Below, piece by piece: positions 19,183 to 28,720 of a DNA stretch of 64,000 nt. The notes beneath the pieces were generated by a model, which saw nothing but the letters and a program-made list of their open reading frames with translations, made no database searches and was not told where the DNA came from. The first letter of the stretch is position 1; every line of letters starts with the position of its first letter. Origin of the DNA: Escherichia phage P896; the sequence record OL451225.1. One strand, 5' to 3'. Both the position numbers and the translations under genes were made by a program.

Positions 19183-20157
19183 TTAGAATTGTTCAGTTAC
19201 ATCATCAAGGACTAAGTAACCACACACCCTCATTTTTGCATTATTATAATCCACCGGGATACTTACAACATCACGCGGGTGAACTTTACAGGATACGATG
19301 CGTCCATCACCATGACCAAAACCACTTCCGATATAACCTTTAGAGCAAACATGCAACCCAGTCGAACAAGTCTGTTCGTCATTGTCATTCACACGAGAGC
19401 GCGGCATTTTAACATATTGACCAGGGCTGTTGTCAAATGTGTTTGAGTGGCAATCTTTGTAAGTTGCACGAACCATTTTCCATGCGATGAAATGACCGTC
19501 TTCGGTGATTTCGATATCGTTCGCAACCAGGAAGTCAAACAAACGCTGTACAGCTTTCTCACTCGGGTTCTCAAGGAGATTCTCGAGGAATGGCAGATAG
19601 AATTCAAAGTCTTCGCCATTTTGCATTGAATCAATGATACGAGTAACCAGGCCAGAGCGCAGTTCAATTCCCTGATAGAACAGGCTACCACCTTCAATAC
19701 GCACATCGCCTTTCACATATTTTTGTACTGCAGCTTTGATTGAGATAAACTCGATAGCATCATCAAAACGAGATTCAATCAATGCCTGAATAATATCATT
19801 AAAGTGTTTATGGTCTTTTGTTGCGTTCCAAACCGTACGACCTTCGGTGATGGAAACGAATTTGCTTGATGCATTCCATACGATTTCTGGGCGGCTACCG
19901 CCGATTGTATCTTCAACAACCGGAACTTCAACCGTTACTGCCACTGGAGCATTAATCGCCACCCCGACATCGGCTTTCAATGATGCAGAAATGGTTTTAG
20001 CTAATTTTGATTCTTTATCATTTTTCAAAACACGGCGAATGGTGTCAACCGATACACCGAAATTATCTGCTAGTTCCTGTTGGGTATAATTACCAGTTTT
20101 ATAAAGAGAAACTACCTGATTTTGGTCAAATTTGGATAAAGCTTTAATATTAAACAT
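19183..20157 (-). CDS. rIIB: rIIB (membrane-associated rapid-lysis / exclusion protein)
   Basis: 324 aa; MFNIKALSK..GNYTQQELAD.FGVSVDTIRRVLKN...GDVRIEGGSLFYQGIELRSGLV...FLENLLENPS.KAV.RLFDFLVANDIEITEDG...HPRDVVSIP.DYN.AKMR.C.Y matches T4 rIIB as I recall it. Confidence 0.92.
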   Translation of the reverse strand: MFNIKALSKFDQNQVVSLYKTGNYTQQELADNFGVSVDTIRRVLKNDKESKLAKTISASLKADVGVAINAPVAVTVEVPVVEDTIGGSRPEIVWNASSKFVSITEGRTVWNATKDHKHFNDIIQALIESRFDDAIEFISIKAAVQKYVKGDVRIEGGSLFYQGIELRSGLVTRIIDSMQNGEDFEFYLPFLENLLENPSEKAVQRLFDFLVANDIEITEDGHFIAWKMVRATYKDCHSNTFDNSPGQYVKMPRSRVNDNDEQTCSTGLHVCSKGYIGSGFGHGDGRIVSCKVHPRDVVSIPVDYNNAKMRVCGYLVLDDVTEQF

Positions 20158-20158
20158 A

Positions 20159-22393
20159 TTATTCCTTATTGGTCGCTTCCACGGCCTTCATGATTTGAGC
20201 AACGTTCTGCACTTGTTCAGTTGACATGGCGTTACGGTTATATAAAAAGTGTGAAACAATCGGGTGATTCTTTTCAAATTCAAAAACCATTTTATCGCTT
20301 GTTACCGAAGCGTTTTTGGTCAGGTCGTCATAAATCTTATTACAAAGGACCAGCGTTTCCTGCATGGTCTTATCAACCGTTCCACTGTTATATGCGTTAT
20401 AGGCAAAGAACTTATTGAACTGCATTAGTTCGGCATAGTCAGTATTCACATCTTTCTGAACATCTTTCGCATAAAAATACTTGAACATAAAATTCAGTTC
20501 TGCATATTCAGACAGGATAGGAATATAATAACGCGAACGGCTTGAAGCGGCAATGTACTGGTCCGCATCAACCGCATCAATCAATTCCACATAACGATTG
20601 ACTGCAGCTTCAATCAAACAATCACACTGTGCCAGCTTGGTAACCTTTTTCTGAAGCTGTGGACGAATAACACAGAATTCATTGATTTCCAACAGGTTTG
20701 CCAGTTTACACAATGTCTGGGTCCCGAAGGTCGTGGTGCCATATTCTTGATTCAACGGGGAAATGCTACTGCGGTTAATGAATACAGCATAACCATCGAT
20801 TTCCTCTGCATCAGCTGCACATGTAAATTCTTCAACAGACTGCCATTTGCCGTTGGTTTTAGTCCAACGAATCAATGATGGAGTCTTTGACTTAACGCGC
20901 GCTTTCGGGTCGGCAACCGGAATCCAGTCTTTTACAAGGGCAATCAGTTCAGACGTACGATAGATATTAACCGTATCGCCTTCAAATCGTTCCTGGAGTT
21001 GAACCATCAACCGTGTTTGAATTTCGCTGGTTGGGTCAACGAACAATAGACTACTACCTTGTACAGTCGGAACTTTACCAGATGCTTTGAGCTTTTTGGC
21101 TTTCGCGCTGGTGTCATACAGCATTGAACTGATACCACGAATCATCGCAATTCGCCCTTTAGCATCGTCAATAACAATATTCAAGGTATCATTATGAATA
21201 CCAAACATGCTTGTCAGGCTTGCAGTATTCGTGTTCGAGCTTGAGTTGCGCAGACGTTTCAGACGAGTAGTGCTATAGATATCATAGACAACCCCGGCAT
21301 TAACAAGGTCTTTGTCCAGCTCGAACATTTCGTACATCTGGTTAAAAGTCAATTGTGATTTTGTAAATTTCGTTTCAGCATTACGAGCTTTCAGAAAATT
21401 ACGAGCTTCATAATTCAAACTCTGCAATTCGCGATACGTATGGCGGATGCATTCTGATTCCTGCCATTTCTTACAATCATCTTCCATGACCTTCTTATCA
21501 AGGGATTCAATACGTTCAACGATATTTGCGACCGTACGTTTGTCCAGTGATAATGCTTCGCGAGAAGGTGCAATATCCAACGAACCCATCGGGAACTTAA
21601 TAAAGACAACATCATTTTTGGCAGTCATCCAGGTTTTCTTTGTATAACCGTCACCAATCGGATAAACAATACCACCGTAAATTGCATAAAGTCCATAACG
21701 TTCTGGACTGCTATAATTAATACGCGCTGGAGCATAATAATCATCAAATTCCGGGAAGTATTCAATTTCGCCAGCGCCTTGCACTTCAGCCAGCCCGGCA
21801 AATGGACGCATGATATATGCAATCTCGTGGCGGAACTTACCGAAATCATTACTATCAACCGGGACAACAACTTCAATCCCTGTGCGGTCACCAGGTTTCA
21901 TTGGTTCGCTAAAGGTTGGCTTAATCTGTGGACCATCGCCATCCATATAAGCGACATAACCATTAACTTGTCCATCATGATATGAAATCAGGCTAAACGT
22001 CTCTGTATAACTGAACGGAGATTTAGAACCCAGGCCAAAGCCACCAATAAAATCGTTGGATTCAGCCTTGGATGATGCAAAGAAACTGTTATACAGACCT
22101 GGAGTATTTTCATCACCACGAATCTGGAAATCACTCATACCCGGACCAAAGTCACGACATACAAAACGTGGGTCCAGTTCACCAGGAGCTTGCACAATGA
22201 ATTTATCCTGACAGCCATTGAGCATATGAGCATCAATCATATTGGTAATCAGCTCACGAACAACTGCGCGCACCTTATTTGTGTAAAGGTCGCTGGTCAG
22301 AATCTTAAACACCTTTGGAGATGCCTGGATTGTGAATGCTGACGCCTTGGCACCATTACCAAGGATTGTTTCCTTTTCAGTTTCTAAAATCAT
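20159..22393 (-). CDS. rIIA: rIIA
   Basis: 744 aa (T4 rIIA 725 aa), directly upstream of rIIB; N-terminal GHKL-type ATPase-like region. Confidence 0.9.
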   Translation of the reverse strand: MILETEKETILGNGAKASAFTIQASPKVFKILTSDLYTNKVRAVVRELITNMIDAHMLNGCQDKFIVQAPGELDPRFVCRDFGPGMSDFQIRGDENTPGLYNSFFASSKAESNDFIGGFGLGSKSPFSYTETFSLISYHDGQVNGYVAYMDGDGPQIKPTFSEPMKPGDRTGIEVVVPVDSNDFGKFRHEIAYIMRPFAGLAEVQGAGEIEYFPEFDDYYAPARINYSSPERYGLYAIYGGIVYPIGDGYTKKTWMTAKNDVVFIKFPMGSLDIAPSREALSLDKRTVANIVERIESLDKKVMEDDCKKWQESECIRHTYRELQSLNYEARNFLKARNAETKFTKSQLTFNQMYEMFELDKDLVNAGVVYDIYSTTRLKRLRNSSSNTNTASLTSMFGIHNDTLNIVIDDAKGRIAMIRGISSMLYDTSAKAKKLKASGKVPTVQGSSLLFVDPTSEIQTRLMVQLQERFEGDTVNIYRTSELIALVKDWIPVADPKARVKSKTPSLIRWTKTNGKWQSVEEFTCAADAEEIDGYAVFINRSSISPLNQEYGTTTFGTQTLCKLANLLEINEFCVIRPQLQKKVTKLAQCDCLIEAAVNRYVELIDAVDADQYIAASSRSRYYIPILSEYAELNFMFKYFYAKDVQKDVNTDYAELMQFNKFFAYNAYNSGTVDKTMQETLVLCNKIYDDLTKNASVTSDKMVFEFEKNHPIVSHFLYNRNAMSTEQVQNVAQIMKAVEATNKE

Positions 22394-22400
22394 GTTTTTC

Positions 22401-22610
22401 TCACTTTATGTTACGTTTGATTAATTCTGCAACTTCAAGAAGTTCATCCTTTGTTGCGGTGTCTGAAGCTATTTTATTACGGATTTCTTTGAAGCGTTCT
22501 TTAAACTCTTCGGCTTCTCTTATATCAAAAAATCGTTGGATAACGCGGTATTCTTTATGAACAGCTTTATCAAACAGCTCCATATTAACTTTGAAGTTCG
22601 TCATTTCCAA
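22401..22610 (-). CDS. Hypothetical protein (rIIA.1 position)
   Basis: 69 aa ORF in track. Confidence 0.45.
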   Translation of the reverse strand: MEMTNFKVNMELFDKAVHKEYRVIQRFFDIREAEEFKERFKEIRNKIASDTATKDELLEVAELIKRNIK

Positions 22611-22869
22611 TCTCCTGTAATATTTTTCTCATACTACGCATGGTAGCTTTATGTTCTTGGTCATGGTATATCAATGCAAGGAGTGCTTCAATTCGCTCCT
22701 CAGGGACCTTCTGGCCAGCCTTAATACTCATGGCTGTTGTTCTTACAGCTAATAAGTAACTTCGCTTCCTGTCGCTGTCTGGGAGCTCCTGCACCTTCCT
22801 CAGACCAGCTTCCATAATACAACGAGCAACATTTTGCAGATTAACTAAACTTCCGTCAGACATAATCAT
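22585..22869 (-). CDS. Hypothetical protein
   Basis: 94 aa ORF in track. Confidence 0.45.
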   Translation of the reverse strand: MIMSDGSLVNLQNVARCIMEAGLRKVQELPDSDRKRSYLLAVRTTAMSIKAGQKVPEERIEALLALIYHDQEHKATMRSMRKILQEIGNDELQS

Positions 22870-22917
22870 ATTTTCACCTCAAAGACATCTTAACACACTT
22901 TTTGTGGCTTGTACATA

Positions 22918-22942
22918 ATAAAAAGGTCTCCCGAAGGAGACC
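22918..22942 (-). terminator. Intrinsic terminator-like hairpin
   Basis: ggtctcccgaaggagacc hairpin followed on the minus strand by a T-run. Confidence 0.5.
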
Positions 22943-22947
22943 AAATT

Positions 22948-23136
22948 TTATTCTACTTTATAGACCTGACCATACGCCATGAAAGTTTCACCTTCCCAGG
23001 TTTCGCACGTGATTGTCACAAATTCTGCAAACAAAGGTTTTTTCTCTGCCCAGAGAAAACCATATTCACCGGTAGCGAGTGTAATCCAGTATTTAGTCAT
23101 ATTGTCTCCTAGTAGCGGGAGAATATTCTCCCACAT
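22948..23136 (-). CDS. Hypothetical protein
   Basis: 62 aa ORF in track, just downstream of gene 39. Confidence 0.4.
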   Translation of the reverse strand: MWENILPLLGDNMTKYWITLATGEYGFLWAEKKPLFAEFVTITCETWEGETFMAYGQVYKVE

Positions 23137-23140
23137 CTAT

Positions 23141-24973
23141 TTATAGCGTCGCATTCATCCAATCTTTACGCTGTTGGGAATCTTTACCGAATAGCATTTC
23201 GAACAGTTCTTTCCAGTTATCAGGCAATTGAACAACTTCGAATACCGGCTCGAGCAATACGCGTTTGTACTCAGAATCTTCCAAAGAACCAAGCCCCTTG
23301 ATATATCGGATGGTGTGCTTCGGAAGTTTATCCTTAGCTTCTTCATAGTCAGGAAGAGAATAGAACCATTCTTGTTTGTCTTTGAGCTGCGCAATAATAA
23401 CAGGAGTTTTCACAAAGCGAATTCGTCCTTCATGGAACAGCTCTGGCCAGTTACTGAAAAACGCCAATAACGATGGATAGATACTACCGACACCATCCAC
23501 ATCCGCATCTGTCATGATAGCAATGTTTCGGTAATTCATATTCTTGGCCGGTTGTCCAATCGTTAACCCAGTAATTGCACACACATCAAAGGCTTCAGCG
23601 TTCTTCATAACTTCAACAGCTTTCAGACCCCATGTGTTTTTAAACTTACCACGTAATGGATAAGCACCTTGCAATTCACGGTCGCGAACCTTAATAAATG
23701 GCCCTGTTGCAGAATCACCTTCGGTCAGGAACAGAGTCGTTTCCAACTTATCATTGCCCCATTCGTTGGCTTTGATATGCTTTTGTACCTTGGCCTTTGA
23801 AGCTTTCTTATTTGCTTTAGTCTCTGCTGCTTTCTCTGCAGCCAATTTACGGGCTAATGCAGCTTCAACAATCGGCATAATCAGCGGTTCATTTTTCAGA
23901 ATAGCTTGTGCGATTTTCTTGGCATCAATCTTGATGTGATTTCGAATTTCACCGGCCGGAGAAGTCAATCGCTCCTTAGTCTGGGAATCAAATCGCATAT
24001 TGCTCATATCGCGGATGAACATAAGCATGGTGAGGCATTCTTTAACTCGTGCCTTGGTCACCTCAATGCCTTTATATTTGCGCTTAATCGCTGGTTGAAG
24101 ATGTTCGCAGATATCATCCATAACACATTCAACGTGGTGCCCGCCATTCTTTGTATGAATGTTGTTGACATAAGTCAACTGACGAAAACCATCCGGGCTA
24201 GTCGTAAAGGCCATCGATACCGTATCAGTTTCCTGGATAACAACTTCGGTTCCAAATTGCTTGGAGAACTTCTTGAAGTTGCCATCAACCTTTTTACCAT
24301 TAAAGGTAAACTGAATATCCGGATAAACAACTGCAAGAGTCTGTAGACGGTCCAATGTAATATCCAGATAAATCTGGGACAGACTATTTTCTTCAAAGTG
24401 ACTAAAGTCTGGAATAAATATAACAGTCGTACCTTTACCCTTTGATTTCTTAGTCGACCAACATTTGTTTTCCATACCGTTGGAGCAGTTAACAGTGATT
24501 TCATTTGCACCATCAGCGGTAATCCCGGTGAACAATACAGAGAAAATATTAGTCAGAGAAGACCCGACGCCATTCATCCCGCCAGTTTTACGTTCAGCAT
24601 CATCGCCAAAGTTGCCACCTGCTTTTGGAATAGTCCATGCTGCAACAGGGCCAGGGATTTGTTCACCGTTTTGGTCTGTAACCATTGCTTGTGGAATACC
24701 ACGGCCATTATCAGAAACCGAAATCTGATTATCTTTAATTTGGACATCAATTTTATTGGCAAATTTAAAACTGGTGCGAATTGCTTCATCAACAGAGTTA
24801 TCGATAATTTCATCAATCAGTTTTACAATACCAGGAACATAGCTTACGGACTTATATTCACCAAACAAGAATCGCTCATGCGCTTCATTTGAACTGGAAC
24901 CAATATACATCCCGGAACGTTTTTTGATATGCTCGACGTCCGAGAGTACTTTAATTTCATTATTAATCATCAT
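23141..24973 (-). CDS. 39: DNA topoisomerase II large subunit, unsplit (T4 gp39 + gp60 equivalent; GyrB-like ATPase plus Toprim)
   Basis: Single 610 aa ORF with GHKL ATPase motifs (IDNSVDEA, DNGRGIP, GGMNGVGSS) and a Toprim-type C-terminal half (LFLTEGDSA...); T4 splits this into 39 (about 516 aa) and 60 (160 aa). Confidence 0.9.
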   Translation of the reverse strand: MMINNEIKVLSDVEHIKKRSGMYIGSSSNEAHERFLFGEYKSVSYVPGIVKLIDEIIDNSVDEAIRTSFKFANKIDVQIKDNQISVSDNGRGIPQAMVTDQNGEQIPGPVAAWTIPKAGGNFGDDAERKTGGMNGVGSSLTNIFSVLFTGITADGANEITVNCSNGMENKCWSTKKSKGKGTTVIFIPDFSHFEENSLSQIYLDITLDRLQTLAVVYPDIQFTFNGKKVDGNFKKFSKQFGTEVVIQETDTVSMAFTTSPDGFRQLTYVNNIHTKNGGHHVECVMDDICEHLQPAIKRKYKGIEVTKARVKECLTMLMFIRDMSNMRFDSQTKERLTSPAGEIRNHIKIDAKKIAQAILKNEPLIMPIVEAALARKLAAEKAAETKANKKASKAKVQKHIKANEWGNDKLETTLFLTEGDSATGPFIKVRDRELQGAYPLRGKFKNTWGLKAVEVMKNAEAFDVCAITGLTIGQPAKNMNYRNIAIMTDADVDGVGSIYPSLLAFFSNWPELFHEGRIRFVKTPVIIAQLKDKQEWFYSLPDYEEAKDKLPKHTIRYIKGLGSLEDSEYKRVLLEPVFEVVQLPDNWKELFEMLFGKDSQQRKDWMNATL

Positions 24974-25014
24974 CTTTCCTCTTGTGTATGGAGGTATTAT
25001 AAGTCACATATTTT

Positions 25015-25038
25015 AAAGCAAAAAGGCCCGAAGGCCTT
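25015..25038 (-). terminator. Intrinsic terminator-like hairpin
   Basis: aggcccgaaggcct hairpin followed on the minus strand by a T-run, at the 3' end of the lipoprotein gene. Confidence 0.5.
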
Positions 25039-25297
25039 ATTCAAATCGGATGGTACTGTTCTTGAACAATAATCCAGAACAAACAGTTCCTTCAACTTTC
25101 TTACCAGTTGGCCCCACGGCTGTAAAACCTGTGTGTTGAAAATCATCTTTACCACAAGAGAACCAGTTATATCCGGTGATTTGGATTTGCTCATAGCCGT
25201 TTGCATCTAATACCCGAATGGCATTATCTGCATCAGTACAACCTGCCAATGAAACCGCCAGCACCAGCGCGGCAATAGAACGATTAATGTATTTCAT
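25037..25297 (-). CDS. Small lipoprotein (signal peptide with lipobox LAGC)
   Basis: 86 aa; N-terminus MKYINRSIAALVLAVSLAGCTD is a typical lipoprotein signal peptide. Confidence 0.6.
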   Translation of the reverse strand: MKYINRSIAALVLAVSLAGCTDADNAIRVLDANGYEQIQITGYNWFSCGKDDFQHTGFTAVGPTGKKVEGTVCSGLLFKNSTIRFE

Positions 25298-25303
25298 AAT
25301 TTC

Positions 25304-25480
25304 TCACTTAGTCAGCAGGTCATAGAACCCGCCGTTAACATGTTTAGGAGCTGAAACTAACCGAACAGCCAGCCGATGGCAATCAGGACAAACATCATTA
25401 TCTCTTTCAGAGATTTTCTTGATTTTTTCGTATTCTTTCGCGCAGTCTTCGGATTGGCATTTGTAGTCATAAAGTGGCAT
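25304..25480 (-). CDS. FmdB-family-like zinc-ribbon protein (58 aa)
   Basis: Hand translation MPLYDYKCQSEDCAKEYEKIKKISERDNDVCPDCHRLAVRLVSAPKH... shows the M-P-x-Y-x-Y-x-C...C / CPxC zinc-ribbon pattern; below the track length cut-off. Confidence 0.45.
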   Translation of the reverse strand: MPLYDYKCQSEDCAKEYEKIKKISERDNDVCPDCHRLAVRLVSAPKHVNGGFYDLLTK

Positions 25481-25481
25481 G

Positions 25482-25856
25482 TTATTCCTTAAAGTGTGCT
25501 TTCAACATCTGGTAAACGGTCCAGGCTTCAGAGTTATTAGAAATGGTGATTTTAGTCAAAGGGAATTCGCTTGGTTCAAATGCTTCATCAGCGTCTTCGC
25601 ATTCGTCTTCAGTATCGTCATCTTTTTCTTCTTCAAAGAAACGACGCTCATCTTCCTTTATGAATATTCTCTCCATTCCACCGGTCGAAAATTCTATCCG
25701 ATATACATCACCGCCTTCAATTCCGACTGGTCTAAATCCTTCACCATTGATTATAGCATCAGCTATATTATCATTATCAGAGCATAACAAACGAAATCTG
25801 CTTTCAGCAACATTATCTTTAAAATAATACCATTTATCAGTTTCAAATTTCAACAT
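25482..25856 (-). CDS. Hypothetical acidic protein
   Basis: Track ORF 25482..25979; likely start at the internal ATG (MLKFETDKWYYF...) to avoid a long overlap with the upstream gene; acidic C-terminal stretch. Confidence 0.45.
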   Translation of the reverse strand: MLKFETDKWYYFKDNVAESRFRLLCSDNDNIADAIINGEGFRPVGIEGGDVYRIEFSTGGMERIFIKEDERRFFEEEKDDDTEDECEDADEAFEPSEFPLTKITISNNSEAWTVYQMLKAHFKE

Positions 25857-26073
25857 GATAAGTCTCCTTCCAAAAATCTGTACCATCTTCTGATTCTTCG
25901 CGGAACAGTGCATAGCTAGGTAATTCCGCACCTTCATACGCATACACATAAATGATATCAGTGGTGCAAAGAAATTCATTGATGTTTTTCTTCACAATCA
26001 CTTTATCACTTTCAGCGGTTTCCCAGAACTCTTCAGCGGTCAGGGAAGTGGTCACACAATCTTCATTAAACAT
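25843..26073 (-). CDS. Hypothetical protein
   Basis: 76 aa ORF in track. Confidence 0.45.
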   Translation of the reverse strand: MFNEDCVTTSLTAEEFWETAESDKVIVKKNINEFLCTTDIIYVYAYEGAELPSYALFREESEDGTDFWKETYHVEI

Positions 26074-26120
26074 AATATTCTCCTCATTGATAGGGCAAAT
26101 TACCCTATCATTTTTATAAT

Positions 26121-26612
26121 TTAGGCAAAATGAATATCAGCATACTCAACGATAAAGCTTTCAGGAACAACCTTAAAGGTTCCAAGGAACACAATATTAT
26201 ACAATTTAACCCCTTCTTCAACCCACTGGTCGGTGATGTAACCGGACATACTAGTGGTTTCATAAGTCGGACCATACATGCAATTGTATTCAAACGGTTT
26301 AGGTGAAACAAAAAAGACACCTTTGCCCAATTTCCATTTAAAATCAACCCCAACATGAGACTGGTCAATGGTTTCAACGTCTTCGGCCACAGGAGCGATG
26401 TACCCAGTAAATTCGGTTGATTCCAGGAATTTAGGATGCACATAAGCCAATTGAGTTTCAGTCTGACCATGTTTAGGAATAATACGCACTTTAACTTCTT
26501 TAATTCCGCCTACTAAATTAGTGCGAAGACTCACAACCTCAACAAAACGACCAGCCGCTTTAGAACGAGATTCTTTAGAAACACGTACAATATCACCAGC
26601 TTCAACTTTCAT
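26121..26612 (-). CDS. Hypothetical protein (MotB-position; paralogous C-terminal domain with 26689..27444)
   Basis: 163 aa; C-terminus GYITDQWVEEGVKLYNIVFLGTFKVVPESFIVEY resembles the C-terminus of the adjacent 251 aa protein. Confidence 0.55.
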   Translation of the reverse strand: MKVEAGDIVRVSKESRSKAAGRFVEVVSLRTNLVGGIKEVKVRIIPKHGQTETQLAYVHPKFLESTEFTGYIAPVAEDVETIDQSHVGVDFKWKLGKGVFFVSPKPFEYNCMYGPTYETTSMSGYITDQWVEEGVKLYNIVFLGTFKVVPESFIVEYADIHFA

Positions 26613-26654
26613 AATTTTCTCTCTTGGTTAATAAATTTATTCTCCAGTGGGGTC

Positions 26655-26695
26655 ATTATACTCTGACCCCAAGAGTTTGTACACAAATTTAATTA
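26655..26695 (-). promoter_or_regulatory. Early promoter cassette (TGTACA / 17 bp / TATAAT inside an inverted repeat), PeSL-like
   Basis: Minus strand: aatttgTGTACAaactcttGGGGTCAgagTATAATGACCCCactggagaa; near-identical to the cassette at 16051-16095. Confidence 0.6.
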
Positions 26696-27444
26696 AAAAT
26701 TTCAACAACCATGGAACGTGGTACAACAGTAAATTCACCAGCATGGACAACGTTCAGGAGTTCAACACCATCTTCAATCCACTGGTCTGTTACCCAACCA
26801 CAAATGGAACTATTAAATGGACGTTTGATTTGAACTGGTTTGCACAACAAGTCAATAGGGTCACCCAGTTCGCTAACTTCTTTCAGCAGTACAGATTCAC
26901 GCGGATAAAGGATAGCTTCAAGATTGTCACCTGATTCATTGACTGCAGTAAATTCAAAGATGCTTTGGTGATTGTGGTACTTAACTGTTTTAACGGTAAA
27001 TGGAGTAAATCCAAAAATACCTTTTAGTACACGCCAACCAGCATGCATTGCAACGGTCTTTCCAAACTGACTGGCATCTTCAATAAGCTGATAGGTTTTA
27101 CCAACTTTGATAGGAGTTTCTTCAACTTCTTTGAAGAGTTCAATCTCAGCTTCATAAACCATAATTTTTTCTACTTCATTTGTATCAAGGCGACGTGCAT
27201 GTAGAATATATGCTTTATCAAACCAGTTACTTTTTACAAAAGTTTCAACAATAAATTCACCTTCGCCTAAAGCATCAGTCAGAGTATTATACCCAGAAAC
27301 CATAGCTGCATTTTGAATAATAGGTTCAATCAGTTGATAAGTTTTGTTAATTTCAATAGTCATATTTTGTTTCTCAAGTTTTAATGGTTTAATTGGGCGA
27401 ACATACATACTTACAACATCAAAGTCAATAAATTCTGGTTTCAT
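26689..27444 (-). CDS. Hypothetical protein with internal duplication and a C-terminal domain paralogous to 26121..26612
   Basis: 251 aa; two KTYQLIE-containing segments; C-terminus GWVTDQWIEDGVELLNVVHAGEFTVVPRSMVVE. Confidence 0.55.
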   Translation of the reverse strand: MKPEFIDFDVVSMYVRPIKPLKLEKQNMTIEINKTYQLIEPIIQNAAMVSGYNTLTDALGEGEFIVETFVKSNWFDKAYILHARRLDTNEVEKIMVYEAEIELFKEVEETPIKVGKTYQLIEDASQFGKTVAMHAGWRVLKGIFGFTPFTVKTVKYHNHQSIFEFTAVNESGDNLEAILYPRESVLLKEVSELGDPIDLLCKPVQIKRPFNSSICGWVTDQWIEDGVELLNVVHAGEFTVVPRSMVVEIFN

Positions 27445-27701
27445 TATGCAACCTTATTGAACATCGCCAGTTGATTAGGTTGTACAACCATAATTTCACG
27501 ACGACCTTTTGTATTTGACACGTTCAGGTAGATGCCTTTGTTCATGTCTGTTTCTTTATCATATACCGCAATTTTATTGACAGTAAAGATTTTACCACGA
27601 ATATTTGCAAATGCACATTCAAACGCTTTAGTCAGACCTGCTTCAGCAGCTTGAAGAGCGGACATTTCATATTGTTGGCCAATTTCAAAAGAAGTAATCA
27701 T
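27444..27701 (-). CDS. Hypothetical protein (85 aa)
   Basis: Track ORF 27444..27749; likely start is the ATG at 27701 (MITSFEIG...), preceded by a promoter cassette and the ATCAACTACTGATGAGGA leader. Confidence 0.5.
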   Translation of the reverse strand: MITSFEIGQQYEMSALQAAEAGLTKAFECAFANIRGKIFTVNKIAVYDKETDMNKGIYLNVSNTKGRREIMVVQPNQLAMFNKVA

Positions 27702-27732
27702 TTTGTTGTCCTCATCAGTAGTTGATGAGATG

Positions 27733-27772
27733 ATTATGTCTCTTTCCATTGGCCTTGTACACTACTTTTTAT
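27733..27772 (-). promoter_or_regulatory. Early promoter cassette (TGTACA / 17 bp / CATAAT) with ATCAACTACTG leader
   Basis: Minus strand: aaaaagtagTGTACAaggccaatggaaagagaCATAATcatctcATCAACTACTGATGAGGAcaacaaaATG. Confidence 0.6.
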
Positions 27773-28452
27773 CGTTTTTTCGGCAAAGATAATGGGTCTG
27801 CATCTTCTTCGGAAGGAACTTCATCTAAACCAAGGGCATAGCGCTGGGCATACTTCAACATCAAAATATCTTTCGCGCAGTCATGTACCGAATCGTGCGC
27901 CACGAATCCATCTAAAGTCCCCTTTGGTAATGGAGTTTCACACATTTTACGGACGAGTGACAGGGCTTCGATTGCTGTTCTGATATCTCGCTGGTTCCAG
28001 AATACAACCGGCTCCAGGTTATAGGTATTCAATTCGCGCTCAGGAATCCCCTCATTGCGCTGTAGGTCACGGATAAGGTCAACAAACAACGGGAAGTCAA
28101 AAGACATTCCACGACACCACATAAGGCTTTCGTATTTGTTAATTCCATTACCATTCAGATAATCAATTGCCTGTTGGATACCAGTTAAAGTATCAACATC
28201 TTGCGCAGAAGGGACCAGGTTAACACGTGCTTCTGCTGATTGCTTTTTCCACCAATCCATGGTTGTTGTATCGAACAGACGCTTACCTTTTTGGTATTCA
28301 AGGCTGAACTTGATACGTTTGCCGCGATTAACTAGGGTTTCGAATGATTCCACAATAGCAGGGTCAGATTCGAATGTAATCAGAGCCAGGTCAATAACGG
28401 CTCCCTTCGAGCCGTTTCCCAGAGTTTCAAAGTCAATAATAGCATCAATCAT
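27769..28452 (-). CDS. dexA: Exonuclease A DexA (DnaQ-like 3'-5' exonuclease)
   Basis: 227 aa (T4 DexA 227 aa); N-terminal DxE exonuclease motif (MIDAIIDFETLGN) and C-terminal H...D motif (HDSVHDCAKD). Confidence 0.85.
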   Translation of the reverse strand: MIDAIIDFETLGNGSKGAVIDLALITFESDPAIVESFETLVNRGKRIKFSLEYQKGKRLFDTTTMDWWKKQSAEARVNLVPSAQDVDTLTGIQQAIDYLNGNGINKYESLMWCRGMSFDFPLFVDLIRDLQRNEGIPERELNTYNLEPVVFWNQRDIRTAIEALSLVRKMCETPLPKGTLDGFVAHDSVHDCAKDILMLKYAQRYALGLDEVPSEEDADPLSLPKKR

Positions 28453-28720
28453 CGCACATCTCTTTTAATTTCTGAATTTCACCAGCAACATAGTCGGAGA
28501 TAAAAATCCCTGGCTCTTCATTGTTAAAATATTCAATCGCGGCCATACGTTTCCGAATAAGATTCAGTTCCAGTAAAACGTAATTACCCTGCACGACGAT
28601 AGTCGGATTATCTTCGAAAAATTCAACCGCGTCCTGAATACCATAGATGAGATTATCTAAATCTTCTTTATGTACCTTATACATAATATGCGTCGTACCT
28701 CGCTCGTGTGATTCCAACAT
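28445..28720 (-). CDS. Hypothetical protein
   Basis: 91 aa ORF in track between dda and dexA. Confidence 0.45.
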   Translation of the reverse strand: MLESHERGTTHIMYKVHKEDLDNLIYGIQDAVEFFEDNPTIVVQGNYVLLELNLIRKRMAAIEYFNNEEPGIFISDYVAGEIQKLKEMCDD

